Origin: Phoronis australis
Lineage: Eukaryota; Animalia; Phoronida
Assembly: GCA_002633005.1 (NCBI GenBank)
Contig: NMRA01000421.1
Location: forward strand, 200,171 to 264,170
DNA length: 64,000 bases
Direction: 5' to 3'
How positions within the stretch are numbered: position 1 is the first letter of the stretch; each line of letters begins with the position of its first letter. Positions 37,001 to 48,541 of this stretch are shown here, one piece after another. Below the pieces are notes generated by a model. That model saw only the letters and a list, made by a program, of their open reading frames with translations, did no database searches and had not been told where the DNA came from. A program made the position numbers and the translations under genes.

Positions 37001-40000
37001 AGGAACCTGACATTGGATGACAATGACATTTGGATGGATCCAATTACCTATGTGCCCTCTAGTAGCAATTTTTGCTTTTTTTATCTTACTTTATCTTTGG
37101 AGTACCTGGCAAATTTTTGTGAAACATCACAAATAGATTTCTATGAAAAAGAAAATAAAACCATCCTGTTATGGGTTGATTCGACATATGACATGCCACC
37201 TGGTGGTCATTTGTCTTATTTTTAGTCTGGTTTTTGCCATTTACCTCTTTAATGGTCAGATCACTCTAAGGTCATGAAAATTGGCTTACGTGCTCCTACT
37301 TGGAAGTGTATGGCTGACGATGATTTGTGAACACATCTGACTACTGTGGTGCCCTCTGCCTGTAGCTCATGTGTTTATATTGAGCAGAGTACAACTGTCA
37401 TGGATTTTGACTACTGTGGAATTGCATTGTGGCAACATTCTACAAAGTTCCTGGATGGATGCTCATGAAATTTGGCAAACAACTTAATAATACTATTACA
37501 CAGACAACAGTGTGAACCTTGTTTCAGGTGCATTTGACCTGTGTTGCGCCCTCTTGTGGCCTTAGTGTTTTTTGTGTCCTTTGTTGTCTGCCTTGAAGTT
37601 CCTATCTTCCAAACTTCTTGAAGAATGATGGTGAATGGTTGAACATGTGTTCCTATTGAGGATAGTATTAATTTTGATTTTCTTTGCACCCTTCTACTGG
37701 TTCTTATTAATGTTAACTACATTATGCCATCTAGTGGCCATGTTTAACGTAATGATCACCTCTTGTATCAGTGCTGTATTTGATGCACACTGTGGGTACA
37801 TATCAATGCTCTGCATGACTCTTGTTCTCTAGGCATTGGTAGCTTGCATCCAGGTGGTTACTTGTTTACATTTAATTACATTTGAGTGTGCTTAATAGAC
37901 GTTTTCTTTGAAGTATTGACTTGCTTTTTAAATCTGAATCAATCATCTATTGGTTTTACTAACTCACTCACATTTGTTATCCATGTAGGTTGTGAAGTTT
38001 TGTAATAAATGGAGTTGTGAAATGGTCATTTCTTATTGCTTTTGCGTGAATATTAATTGAATATTGAATATTAATTGAATATTGAATATTAATTGAATAA
38101 CTTGACCATTGCACTGAGAGCTTGTTTATCATTTTCTGCAAAGAGGTCAAATTGTTAGTTACAGCTTTTAATTGTAATTTTGATATAGAAAAAAGTGCTT
38201 GAGAATTTGATTAGCCACTCAAACTAGCCCTATTTGAAAATCATGATCCATGTACTCAGTAACACTCGTACTACTGTGACTGCTTCCGTGTGTTTCACTC
38301 ATACCTCACTCTCCTCTTTACAGTCTCACCCGGTCGGACAGTGAACCCATGTCTACGACCAGCTCCACCAACGGTCACTATCCAAAGTTTATCCTAGATT
38401 ACAGTACCCCTACATCACCCGATACTGACCTCCCAAGTAGTGCTAACAGCGTAACCAATGGCCGTCAGCGTTACATCAGCGAGTCGGAAACCAGTGGATG
38501 TGGTTCACTGACAGAAGTGCGTATTAATGTATTGTCTCTGTTACAAAGGGAAAGGCAGGCATTCCATATTCTCATACGGAGGGGCCCTGTTGCTCCAAAC
38601 TAACTCTCAAAATGTCAACTAATACACTGTCCTGTGCACATACCTAAGGCCCGTGTTGCTCCAAACTCACTCTCTGAATCACAAGTTTGTCACAACATCT
38701 TCATGAAACAGGATGAGGTGTATGCAATAAAGGGCTTCTAAGACTGCAACTCTATTTACGGGGGTCCTTTTCGTGACTACAGTGCTTAGTCAATATTATA
38801 ACTCTGTATTCTCCCATTGTGAAATCATACTCACCCTTTGTTAGAGGTACAAGACAAACTATAACAACTGTGTAATGTAAATAAAAACTATTACCTTTAC
38901 CGTAGTACCTGTCATCAAAAACGTCATTGCTTCATTTTTTATTTTACCTGCATTAACCTAGAAATGCTGACTTTTTTTAACCACTTAAAATTTTCATTGC
39001 ATTTACAGGAAGAAGGGAAACGAGCTTTGATGCTGCTGCACACTCCACGCAAGTCTACAGTGTTTGACGAGGCCACTAGGAGGCAGCTGCTGTCAATCTC
39101 TGGAGACTCCATACTTGCTGAGGTAAGACAGCCTAACTCAGTGTAAGTTGTGAGCCCTGGAAACCGTGCGATTAATGTCCATTTGACTTGAGAAACAAAA
39201 AGGCCGTTGCTGGCTGGTTAAAGAGAGATTCCGCAAAAACTCCAGGTGTAGTGTCCCAAGTGAATATGGCAGTCATGAAGAAATAGTTACTTTACGTTTA
39301 TTTTAAGAATAGGAGTTGACTCTGTTTATGTTAAACTGTGTCCATTTTACCTGCTTAAAGTTGGGAGAAATAATAGGTTTCTGGTGAAAAAGGAAGTTAT
39401 ATAATAATACTGAATCGAATTAAAATTATATGACAAGGAAATAGATTTGCATGCCTTAATCTGTTCATAGAGCACTGGATTGTATCAGTTTTTGACTGGC
39501 AGTCCTGGATTTGATTTTCATCGAGTTGTGAAGTCAACTTTTCATGCTCCCCCTATCTACCTTACACACCTATCTATCTTACACGTCCATTAAAGGTGCA
39601 CCATGACTTAGCCAAGTACCACGAGCTTGGTCGGTTCCTCATCAACCCTAAACAGGGCGAAGAGTCCATAGACTGGAAGTCAGCCATCTTCCACGAGGAA
39701 AAGGCAGCTCAGCTAGGTCTGTTGGAAGCCTGCATCACCATGGCGAGGTTGTATTACGACATCCCCAGGGACGTCCTGGCAAATGCCACAATAACGGTGC
39801 GTGTAGTTCTTGCTTATGGAAACTTGTGACTTGAAAAGGTACCTAAATACTTCATTGCAGTCTGAACAATTATGGTTTCAAATTAACTAAACTGGGTTGG
39901 GTTAGTGTCTACTCTTGAAAATTATGCTATGCTTGTGGTTCTTTTCAAAGTTTTCTAAATTTATTAAAGATGCTTTGAAATGGTGTCTGTTATTTTTTGT

Positions 40001-43000
40001 AAATCAACAAATTGTGTGGCATTCTGATGCTGGTTTGCCATTTCAGGATTCGACGGATAACATCAACAAAGGGTTTAACTACATGTTAATAGCAGCAGAG
40101 GCTGGAGACAGGGACTCTATTGTGTTTGTGGCCAGAGCCTTCGAAACGGGTGTCAACCTGGGAACACAAAGGTTGGTCTTTCCCTCTCATCTTGTAATGT
40201 TTCCTCCCTTCTTATCCCCCTGTTCCCACCCAGTCCAGTCTGCCTCCCCATCTTCCTCCGTTTTTCTCAACTTTCTCCTCCCCTCCCTCCCCCCTCTCCC
40301 TGCTTGCCTCATCCTACCCTCCATCTCGCTTTACCTCTCTCCTTGTCACTTTGCTAGGTGGAGGATGCTCAGACCCGAGTCGAAATTTCAACTGGTCTCA
40401 CCTATCCACCATCTGTGTCGCTCATAGTTTATGTTTTCAAATTATTTAATGATTATTCTTCTTCTGTTCACCAACGTTTCCAGCAACTCCTGATGTTACC
40501 CAGTTTCAAACCAACAAATTTCATTTCCTGAATCAATATATACCATGTTTTACACACTTTTTAGCTCCTGCATGAAATGTGACATCCATTTTGTTGGATT
40601 AGAAAACACCAAGTCAGGAATTTTCAGCTTTCTTTGGCTAAAATATCACCCATATTTGATGCCACTGAAATTCACCTCTCTTTGGTACCTAGTAGTCTTT
40701 GTGTCGAGGAATTTGGTCGTATTATTTATTCTACTTAAACGTCTGTCCCTATTCCTGTCTTCATTCATGACACACTCTGCTGCCAGGCGAGAGTACATTT
40801 TTCCTTTTCTGTCCTTTTGCATATATTTTGAAATCTGTGACAGGGATATTGGTCTGAGTTAGGATATATAGGATCTAAGGATATTTGACTAAACCTCTAT
40901 TCTATAAACAGTAGCCTTCCCATGAATTTCAAGTTTGTAGTTAGTTGTACACCATTAAAGTTAAGAAAATTGCTACTACACAATCTGTTTTTAAAGTGCA
41001 GGAGTAAACTTGTTGAAAAACATACAGAAACCTGAGTGTCCAAATGTTTTATAACTCACATGTTTTTAATGTACCTTAACAATTTTGTCTTGTAAAAATG
41101 AAAAAGATAGGTTCTAGTAAGAGCACTTTTCAAAAACGTGATATTTTTAAGCTCCCACTTATTTATATGTGGGTGCATCTTGCTGTCCTCTCTGTCCGGG
41201 CGTCTGCAGCTGTATCTCCTAAAACCCCTCCCAGGATTTTGATGAGATTTGGCAGGTGTGTTCCTATGAAGCTGATGACGGATGACGGCGAATTCGGGAC
41301 TTCTCTGACTACTGGTGTGCCCCTAGTGGCAATTTTAGTTTTTTACGTTTGCCTCTCTTCGGAGGTCCTCTACAGATTTTCATAAAATTTGGCAGTTAGG
41401 CATCTATTAGTGGGATGACGCCATCCTCCTGTTTTCGGATGGATTCAAGGTACCTTGTGCCACCTAGTGGCCATTTTTACTGTTATCGAGTCTGAGTTTT
41501 GGCTTCTGCCCCTTTGTCAACCAAATCACAGTATGGATTATATGTTGTTACTGTGAAGTGCGACTGACGATGATTTTTCGACAACTTGGACTACTGTGGC
41601 ACCTCTTAGTGGCAGTTTTGTTTGTTTTTGCGCCCATGGCTTCATCTCCTAAATGCTCTACAGGATTTTTATTAAATTTTGCATGTCTATTTATATGAAG
41701 TTGACAACGGATGACGACGACATTCAGAAGGACGGACTACCAGTGTGCCCCCTAGTGGCAATTTTATTTTGTTTACCTCTGTATTTTCTAAGTTCCTCAG
41801 TGTGCATTCTCATAAAGTTTGCCAGATAAGCATCTTTCAGATTGAATCGAGGTATTTTGCACCACGTAGTGGGAATTTTACTATTTTTGAGTCTGTTTTT
41901 GGCATTTTCCAAACCACTTTAAGGATGATTGTGGAAATTGGCATGTATGTTCCTAATGTGAAGAGGATGCCTGACAATGATTTTCTGATGACGTTGACTA
42001 CTGTGGTGCCTCCTAGTATCTGTATCTCCTAAACCTTCTGCTGGATCTTTATTTAATTTAGCAAGTGTATTTAATATATGAAGTTGGCAATGAATGGTGA
42101 CGACTTTCAGACGCATCCGACAAACACTGTGCCCCCTATTGGCAATTTTATTTCTTTCCGTTTTCTTTGAAGCTTTTAATCGGATTTTTATGTAATTTGA
42201 TTAATATCTTTCTATTGAAACGATATATTTTGCGTCTGGTGGCCATTTTTTCCGTTTTTAGTCTGTTTTTGGCAACCGCCTCTCTGTCAACCAAACCACT
42301 CCTACTGTAAGGATGATTGTGAAAATTGACATATATGTTCTTATGTTTGCGCTTTCTAGTGGTCATTTTCATGATGCAAAAAACACCCTAAAAGCACACC
42401 GTTTGTGGTACATTCTTGAGTGCATTTCAATGCTCTGCATTGCTCTTGTTTGATGTTCCAAAGATTGTGTAAAGTTTTGATTATCTCTCAGAACACTTTA
42501 AAAATACTTGTTACAAAAACTTATGTGAAACTCTCTTTGATTTAGAGCAGAGGGAACTATGCAAAACATAAAACTAATCTTTTGGTCTTCACACTGTTCC
42601 ATGATGGTAAAGTTCTTGTGTCTGCTAACAGGAAGCAGTGTTGGCAGCAGGCTGTGACTTGGTACCAACGAGCGTGTGAAGTCCATGAGGGGTCAGACAA
42701 CTCTGGCCTGCTGAGTGACCCTACATACCGACTGCTAGGCAGACAAGCAGAGATGTATCTGGAGGGAGGGCCTGGGCTGGAGAAAGATCCACAGAAAGCT
42801 GGTAGAGTGCACTTGGCTCTTTAGTGTTGTGTGGGGAGAAGCCAGTCAGCAGATATGTTGTAGCCATGGTTACAGTACAATGACCAAGCAAAAAACATAA
42901 TGAATGGATTCAGTTGTTAGAAATTTGAAAAAATAATGTTGGTTCATATCCGTTTTATTGCCTATTTAGAATTCAATCCAAGTGTCTACCTTTTTGCGGC

Positions 43001-44227
43001 AAGAACACTTGCAGGGGCATAACACTTATGGTCACGGTAACTCGGAAGAATGATGTCTTTTTGGGGTAAGAATATAATGCAGGTTGTCTGACGTGTGTTG
43101 CATGAAACGTGCACAGGCAGCTCGGCCCATTGCACTTAACACTGAATCCATTTTTCATTAATTTATTAATATAAACAAGCAACACATATTGACACAATAT
43201 GCAATTTAAGACCATGCTGAGATAGCTAGAGACTGGGTCTAGCAGTGGGGTCCACTGGGATTCGAACCTACTATCTTGTGAACAGGAGGCAAACACTTGG
43301 CCGACTTGGCTTCACTGCCTCCTCTTTTTGGGCTACAGCACCTCCTAGTGGTGTGTTACGTAGATTTTAGCAATCTTCCAAGAGGTACAACTTGACCAGC
43401 TAAGTCAAAACATAACTTCATTGACCCTTGTTATTTGGGGGATACACATTACTCGAAGGGTAGTGGTCAATTCTAAATGTTATGTCACGTTGCTTAGCAT
43501 GTCGTAAAAAGCTTTAACAGTGAGGGAGAAGAGGTGTTAGAAAGGATTAACAGCAGTTTCATAAGAATGAGGTAACCCTGCGTACAGACAGAGATTTGTG
43601 GGTAATCATCGGCTGAAAACAAAATCAAATAGACGAGGTTCTTTGTGGATTGGAACTCGCTTAGTGTTTTGAGGTTATTTGAAATATAACGTTCATGTCA
43701 AATAATCCTAACATTAAGCAGCTGAAGAGAGATTAAATCATTACATAAAATAGCTACAAACGTTGCTGTGACAATTTTGCTCAACATCTGCGAGTGTGCT
43801 TGTAGCAAAACGGTGAACCCTTAGACCAATAAGGTGGCATCGAATCAACATTTTACTTTAATTTTGTAACTTTGTAGAGATGTCATACACTAATTGTAGT
43901 CGCAGTTATTTGCATAGTTTTTGTGTGATCTCTTCAGAAATTATTTAAGAAGCAAAAATGTGGGTAACATTTTGGGGTCATCCTGATGGAATGACTTTAA
44001 ATTGACTTGCTCTTTTTTCTTTTTAAACATTTTAATTGACTCTACATTAAATTATTACTCTCGTTTCTTATCTAGTTATTTGCTTGGTAGAGTTATGACT
44101 TCTCTCCATTATTGCAGGTGATCTGTTCAATGAAGCAGGAGAGGCGGCCATGATGGCTGGTAAGGGAAAGGTGTCCTCACAGTTTTACGAGAAAGCGGAG
44201 ATAGCCTGGGGTGAAATTGAAGAGTGA
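21710..44227 (+). CDS. EEF2K: Eukaryotic elongation factor 2 kinase, 686-765 aa depending on cassette exons; join 21710-22063, 28452-28489, 29469-29640, 31399-31651, 33218-33372, 34494-34669, [35560-35736], [36528-36587], 38324-38516, 39009-39122, 39596-39796, 40047-40171, 42632-42801, 44118-44227
   Basis: Calmodulin-binding [17 protein letters not shown]; alpha-kinase motifs [71 protein letters not shown]; SEL1-like repeats; C-terminus [12 protein letters not shown]...AWGEIEE resembles human GDLYTQAAEAAM...AWAQMEE. All phases consistent. Confidence 0.97.
23419..25118. repeat. ~765-bp near-identical direct duplication (23419-24182 vs 24352-25118) around a single N at 24183
   Basis: Colinear copies with scattered SNPs and small indels. 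Confidence 0.92.
25290..25384. mobile_element. Small MITE-like inverted repeat
   Basis: Perfect 18-bp IR TATAACGTGCCCGCATTT / AAATGCGGGCACGTTATA. Confidence 0.65.
25505..27881. mobile_element. Non-autonomous Tc1/mariner(pogo)-type DNA transposon, ~2.37 kb including TA TSDs
   Basis: TA-CCGTAATCGTTTGGGTTAACTCCC ... GGGCGTTAACCCGAACGATTACGG-TA; arrays of GGGCGGTTAA subterminal repeats at both ends; no intact transposase. Confidence 0.85.
28452..28489 (+). CDS. EEF2K: eEF2K 38-nt exon [12 protein letters not shown](L)
   Basis: TTTTCAG acceptor, GTAAGT donor; alpha-kinase GAMR motif. Confidence 0.95.
29469..29640 (+). CDS. EEF2K: eEF2K exon KKLSSF...YVAKRY...YNRHNPPKK
   Basis: TTTACAG acceptor, GTAAGT donor, phase 2-0. 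Confidence 0.96.
31163..31277. repeat. 17-bp minisatellite GGGTTGGTGAGCTTCGA x6-7
   Basis: Direct tandem copies. Confidence 0.95.
31399..31651 (+). CDS. EEF2K: eEF2K catalytic exon VDIFQM...[20 protein letters not shown](G)
   Basis: TTGTAG acceptor, GTACAT donor, phase 0-1. Confidence 0.96.
33218..33372 (+). CDS. EEF2K: eEF2K exon [10 protein letters not shown]...HICNDIC (Zn site)
   Basis: CCCAG acceptor, GTAAGT donor, phase 1-0. Confidence 0.96.
33773..33845 (+). mobile_element. tRNA-like SINE head remnant
   Basis: A-box GTGGCGCAGCGGT and B-box-like GTGTTCGAAACT at tRNA spacing; acceptor stem not intact. Confidence 0.45.
34494..34669 (+). CDS. EEF2K: eEF2K exon, start of regulatory loop [11 protein letters not shown]...MMSPKE
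   Basis: TTTATAG acceptor, GTAGGC donor, phase 0-2, Ser/Pro-rich. Confidence 0.88.
35560..35736 (+). CDS. Candidate 177-nt cassette exon of eEF2K, (R)[17 protein letters not shown]...PCNHGY(D)
   Basis: TTTTTCTAG acceptor, GA|GTGAGT donor, phase 2-2, 59 codons open in the eEF2K frame. Confidence 0.5.
35872..36085. repeat. ~45-bp AT-rich tandem repeat x~5
   Basis: Unit CTTTTGCTTATTGATAACGTTCATTGATAAATAGATTCTGAAGAT. Confidence 0.9.
36528..36587 (+). CDS. EEF2K: 60-nt eEF2K exon (probably cassette), [19 protein letters not shown](L)
   Basis: TTTCAG acceptor, GTGAGC donor, phase 2-2; encodes RxRxxS. Confidence 0.7.
36773..37826 (+). mobile_element. Second, more diverged Helentron/DINE-like copy
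   Basis: Sub-terminal IR ATGTACTCAC / GTGGGTACAT, CGTCCGTCC, and the same 3' end CAATGCTCTGCATGACTCTTGTT. Confidence 0.65.
38324..38516 (+). CDS. EEF2K: eEF2K regulatory-loop exon LTRSDSEPM...[18 protein letters not shown]
   Basis: Long polypyrimidine tract plus TACAG, GTGCGT donor, phase 2-0. Confidence 0.88.
39009..39122 (+). CDS. EEF2K: eEF2K exon EEGKR...PRKSTV...GDSILAE
   Basis: TTTACAG acceptor, GTAAGA donor, phase 0-0. Confidence 0.92.
39596..39796 (+). CDS. EEF2K: eEF2K exon [14 protein letters not shown]... (SEL1-like region)
   Basis: AAG acceptor, GTGCGT donor, phase 0-0. Confidence 0.94.
40047..40171 (+). CDS. EEF2K: eEF2K exon [22 protein letters not shown]...GVNLGTQ(R)
   Basis: TTTCAG acceptor, GTTGGT donor, phase 0-2. 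Confidence 0.95.
41144..42450 (+). mobile_element. Non-autonomous Helentron/DINE-1-like element with an internal ~110-150-bp satellite
   Basis: 5' TTTTTAAGCTCCCAC..GTGGG hairpin, GTCC-type microsatellite remnant, repeated GTGCCCCCTAGTGGCAATTTT units, 3' end CAATGCTCTGCATTGCTCTTGTT. Confidence 0.7.
42632..42801 (+). CDS. EEF2K: eEF2K exon [11 protein letters not shown]...GLEKDPQKA(G)
   Basis: CTAACAG acceptor, GTAGAG donor, phase 2-1. Confidence 0.95.
42975..43320 (-). mobile_element. tRNA-derived SINE
   Basis: Minus strand: A-box-like TGAAGCCAAGTCGG and B-box GGTTCGAATCCC, no intact cloverleaf; distal boundary approximate. Confidence 0.6.
44118..44227 (+). CDS. EEF2K: eEF2K last coding exon (G)DLFNEAG...AWGEIEE*
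   Basis: TTGCAG acceptor, TGA at 44225-44227. Confidence 0.96.
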
Positions 44228-44807
44228 GTTTTGTACACAGGCCCTTGTGGGGGCCATTGTGAGCGCGATGATGTTGTCTGGGAGTTGTGATATTGATAGC
44301 AGTGCAAACTTTTGATTGATGATTTCAGAGTAAGTGTTGGACGTGTTGAGTAATTATGAGAAATGTATGCAAATGTTTTCACTTGTTTTTTTTTAAATTT
44401 TTTGATTTTAAGAATAGCGATTGTAGTGATTGAAATTTGAAAACTGTTGATCTTGCCTGTTGTTTTAGAAGCAAATTGCTGTTCAGATCATACTTACTTT
44501 CATTGCCAAACTATCCACAACCTGTTGTGCAACTGTTGGTGTAATTGGTGAAGAGAAATATACTTAGAGTCGTCCTTTTTAGAACACAATTTGGCTGACA
44601 AGGGAATAATTATATTTTGACACATTTCTCTATAAAACTAAAGGATAGAAAAATCTTTATCTTATTGACTTGAGTCATGAAGTGACGTTTGGCGAAGTTT
44701 TCATTATTTTCAGCAACGGTGTCGGTCTAAAAAAATAGATAAGTGACAGTTTTGTTAAATAACGTTTGGGTGACTCAGGTGTAGAATTGCGATACTGACA
44801 TCACATT

Positions 44808-44880
44808 TTTACTGGTGCACCCAAGATTTAATGGTGCACCCAAGGTTTACTGGGGCACCCAAGGTTTACTGGTGCACCCA
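44808..44880. repeat. 18-bp tandem repeat TTTACTGGTGCACCCAAG x4 in the eEF2K 3' UTR
   Basis: Direct tandem copies. Confidence 0.85.
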
Positions 44881-46163
44881 TCATGCAGTCCATCTCAAGT
44901 TTTGGACCGATGTTTCCTGTGAAATTATTTGGGTAAACAACCACCATCTCCTTATGGGGATTAAATGACAATTGTTTCAGCTGTAATTGACAAGTTGTAT
45001 ACTCCTGAAGCAAAAAGTGGACCAGTTTATAGAAAATATATAGTCAAATAACATAACAAAGAAACCCCATTTTGATCGTGAATACCTTTAAGGAAATGTA
45101 CTACTTCTCAAGTTTTTGCACAAAACCCCAAGAATGGTCCCATTGTAAGATTCCAGACAAAATTCTGTAAACTTGTCACTTGGTAGCGTGCAAACACTGT
45201 TAGAGTTACTTGACTGTCCAAAAGTCACAAATGGTGTTCGCTAGTGCTTACGAGATTTAAATAGTTTGATGATATTCCCAACTCAGCTGGAGACACATTG
45301 CTTAGTCACCTGTAGAAAACCAGCATGAGGTCTTGCAATGGCATCACTTTGCTGTTTTGACCAATTTCTAATAACTAAACTTATTTTGCTACTTTTTAAT
45401 TACTCTGTATTTTGTAACTTGATTCATCTAGTCTTAATAAAAAGTTGTCTACTTTAATCCTGTTGGTATTGTAATCAGTTCTTGGATATATACTTATCAG
45501 TTTATTAACGATATAAGGTGCTTATTTTAGTTCCTAGATCCCCAAAGTAGATTAAGTGGAGCCACAATCGCTGTGGAAGTTGGCATTATGCAATCAGCCA
45601 CTGGGAGTTGGTGGTCTGTGAATATGTAGCCAGTTTTGTTTTTGTTTCTCTGTGGCTGGGACATGGGTTGTTTTCTCTGTTGTTTTCTATTTTTGAGATA
45701 TCATACTAACATGTTTTTCTATAATATGCACCTACACGTTTTAAGTTCGTTTTATGCACTCTGTTACTAACTTGTTCGTGCAGTCAATAGAATGACTGGT
45801 CCATTAGAAGGTATTGGTGAAAATTATTGTTACAGGTGTCCCGTTTCAAAGTACTTTGCATTATATGGCACTGTGTGGGATGGTGAAACTGTTAAAATCG
45901 TAAAGTTTGGCATTGAGATGTTCTAATGGTTTAGACCTCCATGTTAAATGCTTGTTGTGTTTTTATTGTGCCCCCTCTGGGTAGAGTTGTTACCAACTAT
46001 CTTAAGTTGTAATGTTTGCTTCATACTTGTTCTTGTTTCACTTTGTACACTTCCTAAACTTAGGTTTAGTTAGAGTGTTACCAAGAGTTGATGACTGCAA
46101 CTACAATTTTGAATCTGCTGATATATTTTGTGTCCGTCTTTATAATGCTAACTGGTGTTCAGA

Positions 46164-46169
46164 AATAAA
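46164..46169 (+). terminator. Probable eEF2K polyadenylation signal (alternative at 45436-45441)
   Basis: AATAAA followed by GT/T-rich sequence at the end of a T-rich putative 3' UTR. Confidence 0.5.
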
Positions 46170-47680
46170 GCATTGTGTGATGGGATTTGAGAGTTGGTTT
46201 TCATGCTGTCTTATTCAGTTGATCCTAGGTCAGAAAAAAAAACATTCGAACCCGTCAGATATCGGCACTGCGTTTGCTAGTAATTCACGGGAAAAGCCAG
46301 TCCGTTACACGGTTTGCCTGTAATGTTCGGTAATATCTCGCAATGACTTGCGTTTTTGCGATTTGTATGGAACGCGCCCCTAGGTTTCTCCTCAATCTTG
46401 TGGTCCCCTATAAATCAAAGGGTAGATAAGAGGGGTTTATTTGATTTTAGTAACTTGATTTGATCATGGGGATTGCACGTGACAGAAAGTTGGCATTTTG
46501 TACTTGAATGTGGTGTTTATTACAGCTGGTAAAACACCCGAGTGATAAGATAACTTTGTGAAAGTTCGTCGGAAGCAGTCTGTCTGCATTATGATCAGGG
46601 TTGCTCCTTGCATCTTACTTCTTATAATGATTCTTTGTGTGGACTCAGTAAAAGTGGACACAGTAACTTCCTCAGATTATCAGGTGGTTCGGGTTTGTAC
46701 AGATTCCAGGAACAGAAGCACTGTGTTCTAAAATAAATATTTTTAAGAGTTGTTGCTGTGTTGTATGTTAAGTCCGAAATGTACAATTATAAGGACCTTG
46801 TCCATGAGTCTATTTAATAGGGTAGAGTTTAACAGTAACAGTGCGTATTTCCTGAAACCAGAAAGCGTACAGACGTTGATTTTTGTCATTATACTAATCT
46901 GCACCCACTTTCGTCGCACGACCACGTGTTGGGTAAAATTAAGCAAAAACGAAGTCACATTCTTTGCCAAACGACAATCTTATCAATAGCATAACCAAAT
47001 TTTGTTTGACATAAATATCCATGATCAAGTCTCAAAATCGTTGTTACATTTTTCTTATGTACTTCGTTTTCATTTTATTTAACTTGTTTCATAAAATCAT
47101 GTCAAGTCTTCATTTTTGATAGAAGCTGCGTACTATTAAAACAGCGCTAGTTTTTTTTTGCAAAGCGGCAGACATTTGAAAAAATGTCCATTTCGGCACT
47201 TGTGCTTGTGTTAAAATAACTGGTGTATTAAATGGATACTTTTAATCGTTGAGTCGATACAACGGAGTTAGTTAACAAGGTTGTTAATAATTAAAAGCAT
47301 AAATGATTCCTGGGCATATTGATGACCTGACCTTGTTAAAAATTCAATGCAGGTGTAGATAATTTAATGCATTATAGCATAAACTGTAAAGACTGACGAT
47401 CTCAGATATTATACGACGTTTAGCAACATGTTTGTGAGCAAATGCCACATTAAACCAATTCAGCTATCACTTGTATTGAACAATAGGAACGGCGCGTCCC
47501 TGTATAATGATAAATTGCTAACCAACGAAGCGTATGACTTCGAAACCAGTTTCGCCCTGAGCCGGTAAATCCAACTATGTGGTCAAGGCGATTTTATTGC
47601 ACCAATAGATTAAATTCACATCGCTTTCTCTTCAAACTGGCAGGCCAATGTTGGTTGTTTGTTGATACTTCAGGCATTAT

Positions 47681-48541
47681 TCAGCTCCTCGGCGACTCAA
47701 TCGTTGTAGTATTCAGACTCATCGACAACGACCGCCTTCTACGGGGCGGTGCCACCGGTGTACTGTCCGTTTCGTTTGCTCTGGGATTAGTTATATAGGA
47801 AATATTTGCCTCTGGGCTTTCTTCACAAATGCTCTTTCTTTTGTCTAAAAGGTCTTGATAGCGCTTCCGAATTTCGGTGTCTTTTTTACGTAAAAGTTCG
47901 GCCCTTTCTTTCAGCTTTTGAAACCTCCTGTCTAACATTTGAGTGTGTAGTTGGGTGGTCGATCCGTACATAGCGGTGTGACTCTCCTCACCCGCTGTGT
48001 CGAGAGATAACGTCGACCCGGAATAAATGTTTGATAAGGATGCTGTACTTCCGTGGAAACGGAATTTCTCTGACTTGGGAAATCTCGTTATCTCTGGTTC
48101 GTCAATTAGCGAAGGAAGAGATTTGGCCGGTGTCACGGACGTCCTTTGTTCATCGAATGAAAACATGGGCCTCCGAGTGTAGTCAAGTTTATACTGGTCC
48201 ACAACATTTGGATTCCTCATATGGGCGTAATCGTAATGAGTAGTCCTTATATCAGTGTCGTACGAGATACGCGCGCTCAAAGGTGGATTTGGATAGTGCT
48301 TTTTTGTGACGTCTGTTCCAGTAGTGGTCGTAACAGAGTCCAGTTGTATATTTGTCAAACTTGTAGTTCCTGTTGAGGGTTTTTGAACAGTTTCGTTTCC
48401 TCGAGAGTTCGTCATCTGACTGACAGATGCCTCCTTTTCTCTAAATCCGCCCTCGGAATCGTCATCTGGCAACTTCGGTTTTGTCTTTCGCTTCTTGTCT
48501 TTCTTATGACGAGGTGCCACACAGCACAACATGCCGGTCAT
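47681..48541 (-). CDS. Uncharacterised single-coding-exon protein (286 aa from ATG 48541, or 283 aa from MLCC ATG 48532); predicted lipid-anchored N-terminus, disordered middle, C-terminal coiled coil
   Basis: Longest non-repeat ORF in the window, GC-richer than its flanks, in-frame TAA shortly upstream; MLCCVAPRHKKDKKRK N-terminus; heptad-like LDRRFQKLKERAELLRKKDTEIRKRYQDLLDKRK. Confidence 0.8.
   Translation of the reverse strand: MTGMLCCVAPRHKKDKKRKTKPKLPDDDSEGGFREKEASVSQMTNSRGNETVQKPSTGTTSLTNIQLDSVTTTTGTDVTKKHYPNPPLSARISYDTDIRTTHYDYAHMRNPNVVDQYKLDYTRRPMFSFDEQRTSVTPAKSLPSLIDEPEITRFPKSEKFRFHGSTASLSNIYSGSTLSLDTAGEESHTAMYGSTTQLHTQMLDRRFQKLKERAELLRKKDTEIRKRYQDLLDKRKSICEESPEANISYITNPRANETDSTPVAPPRRRRSLSMSLNTTTIESPRS

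Noticed and set aside
39915-40427. 170-aa ORF
   Set aside because: Only 40047-40171 is exon; the rest is intron read-through over a CT-rich low-complexity tract
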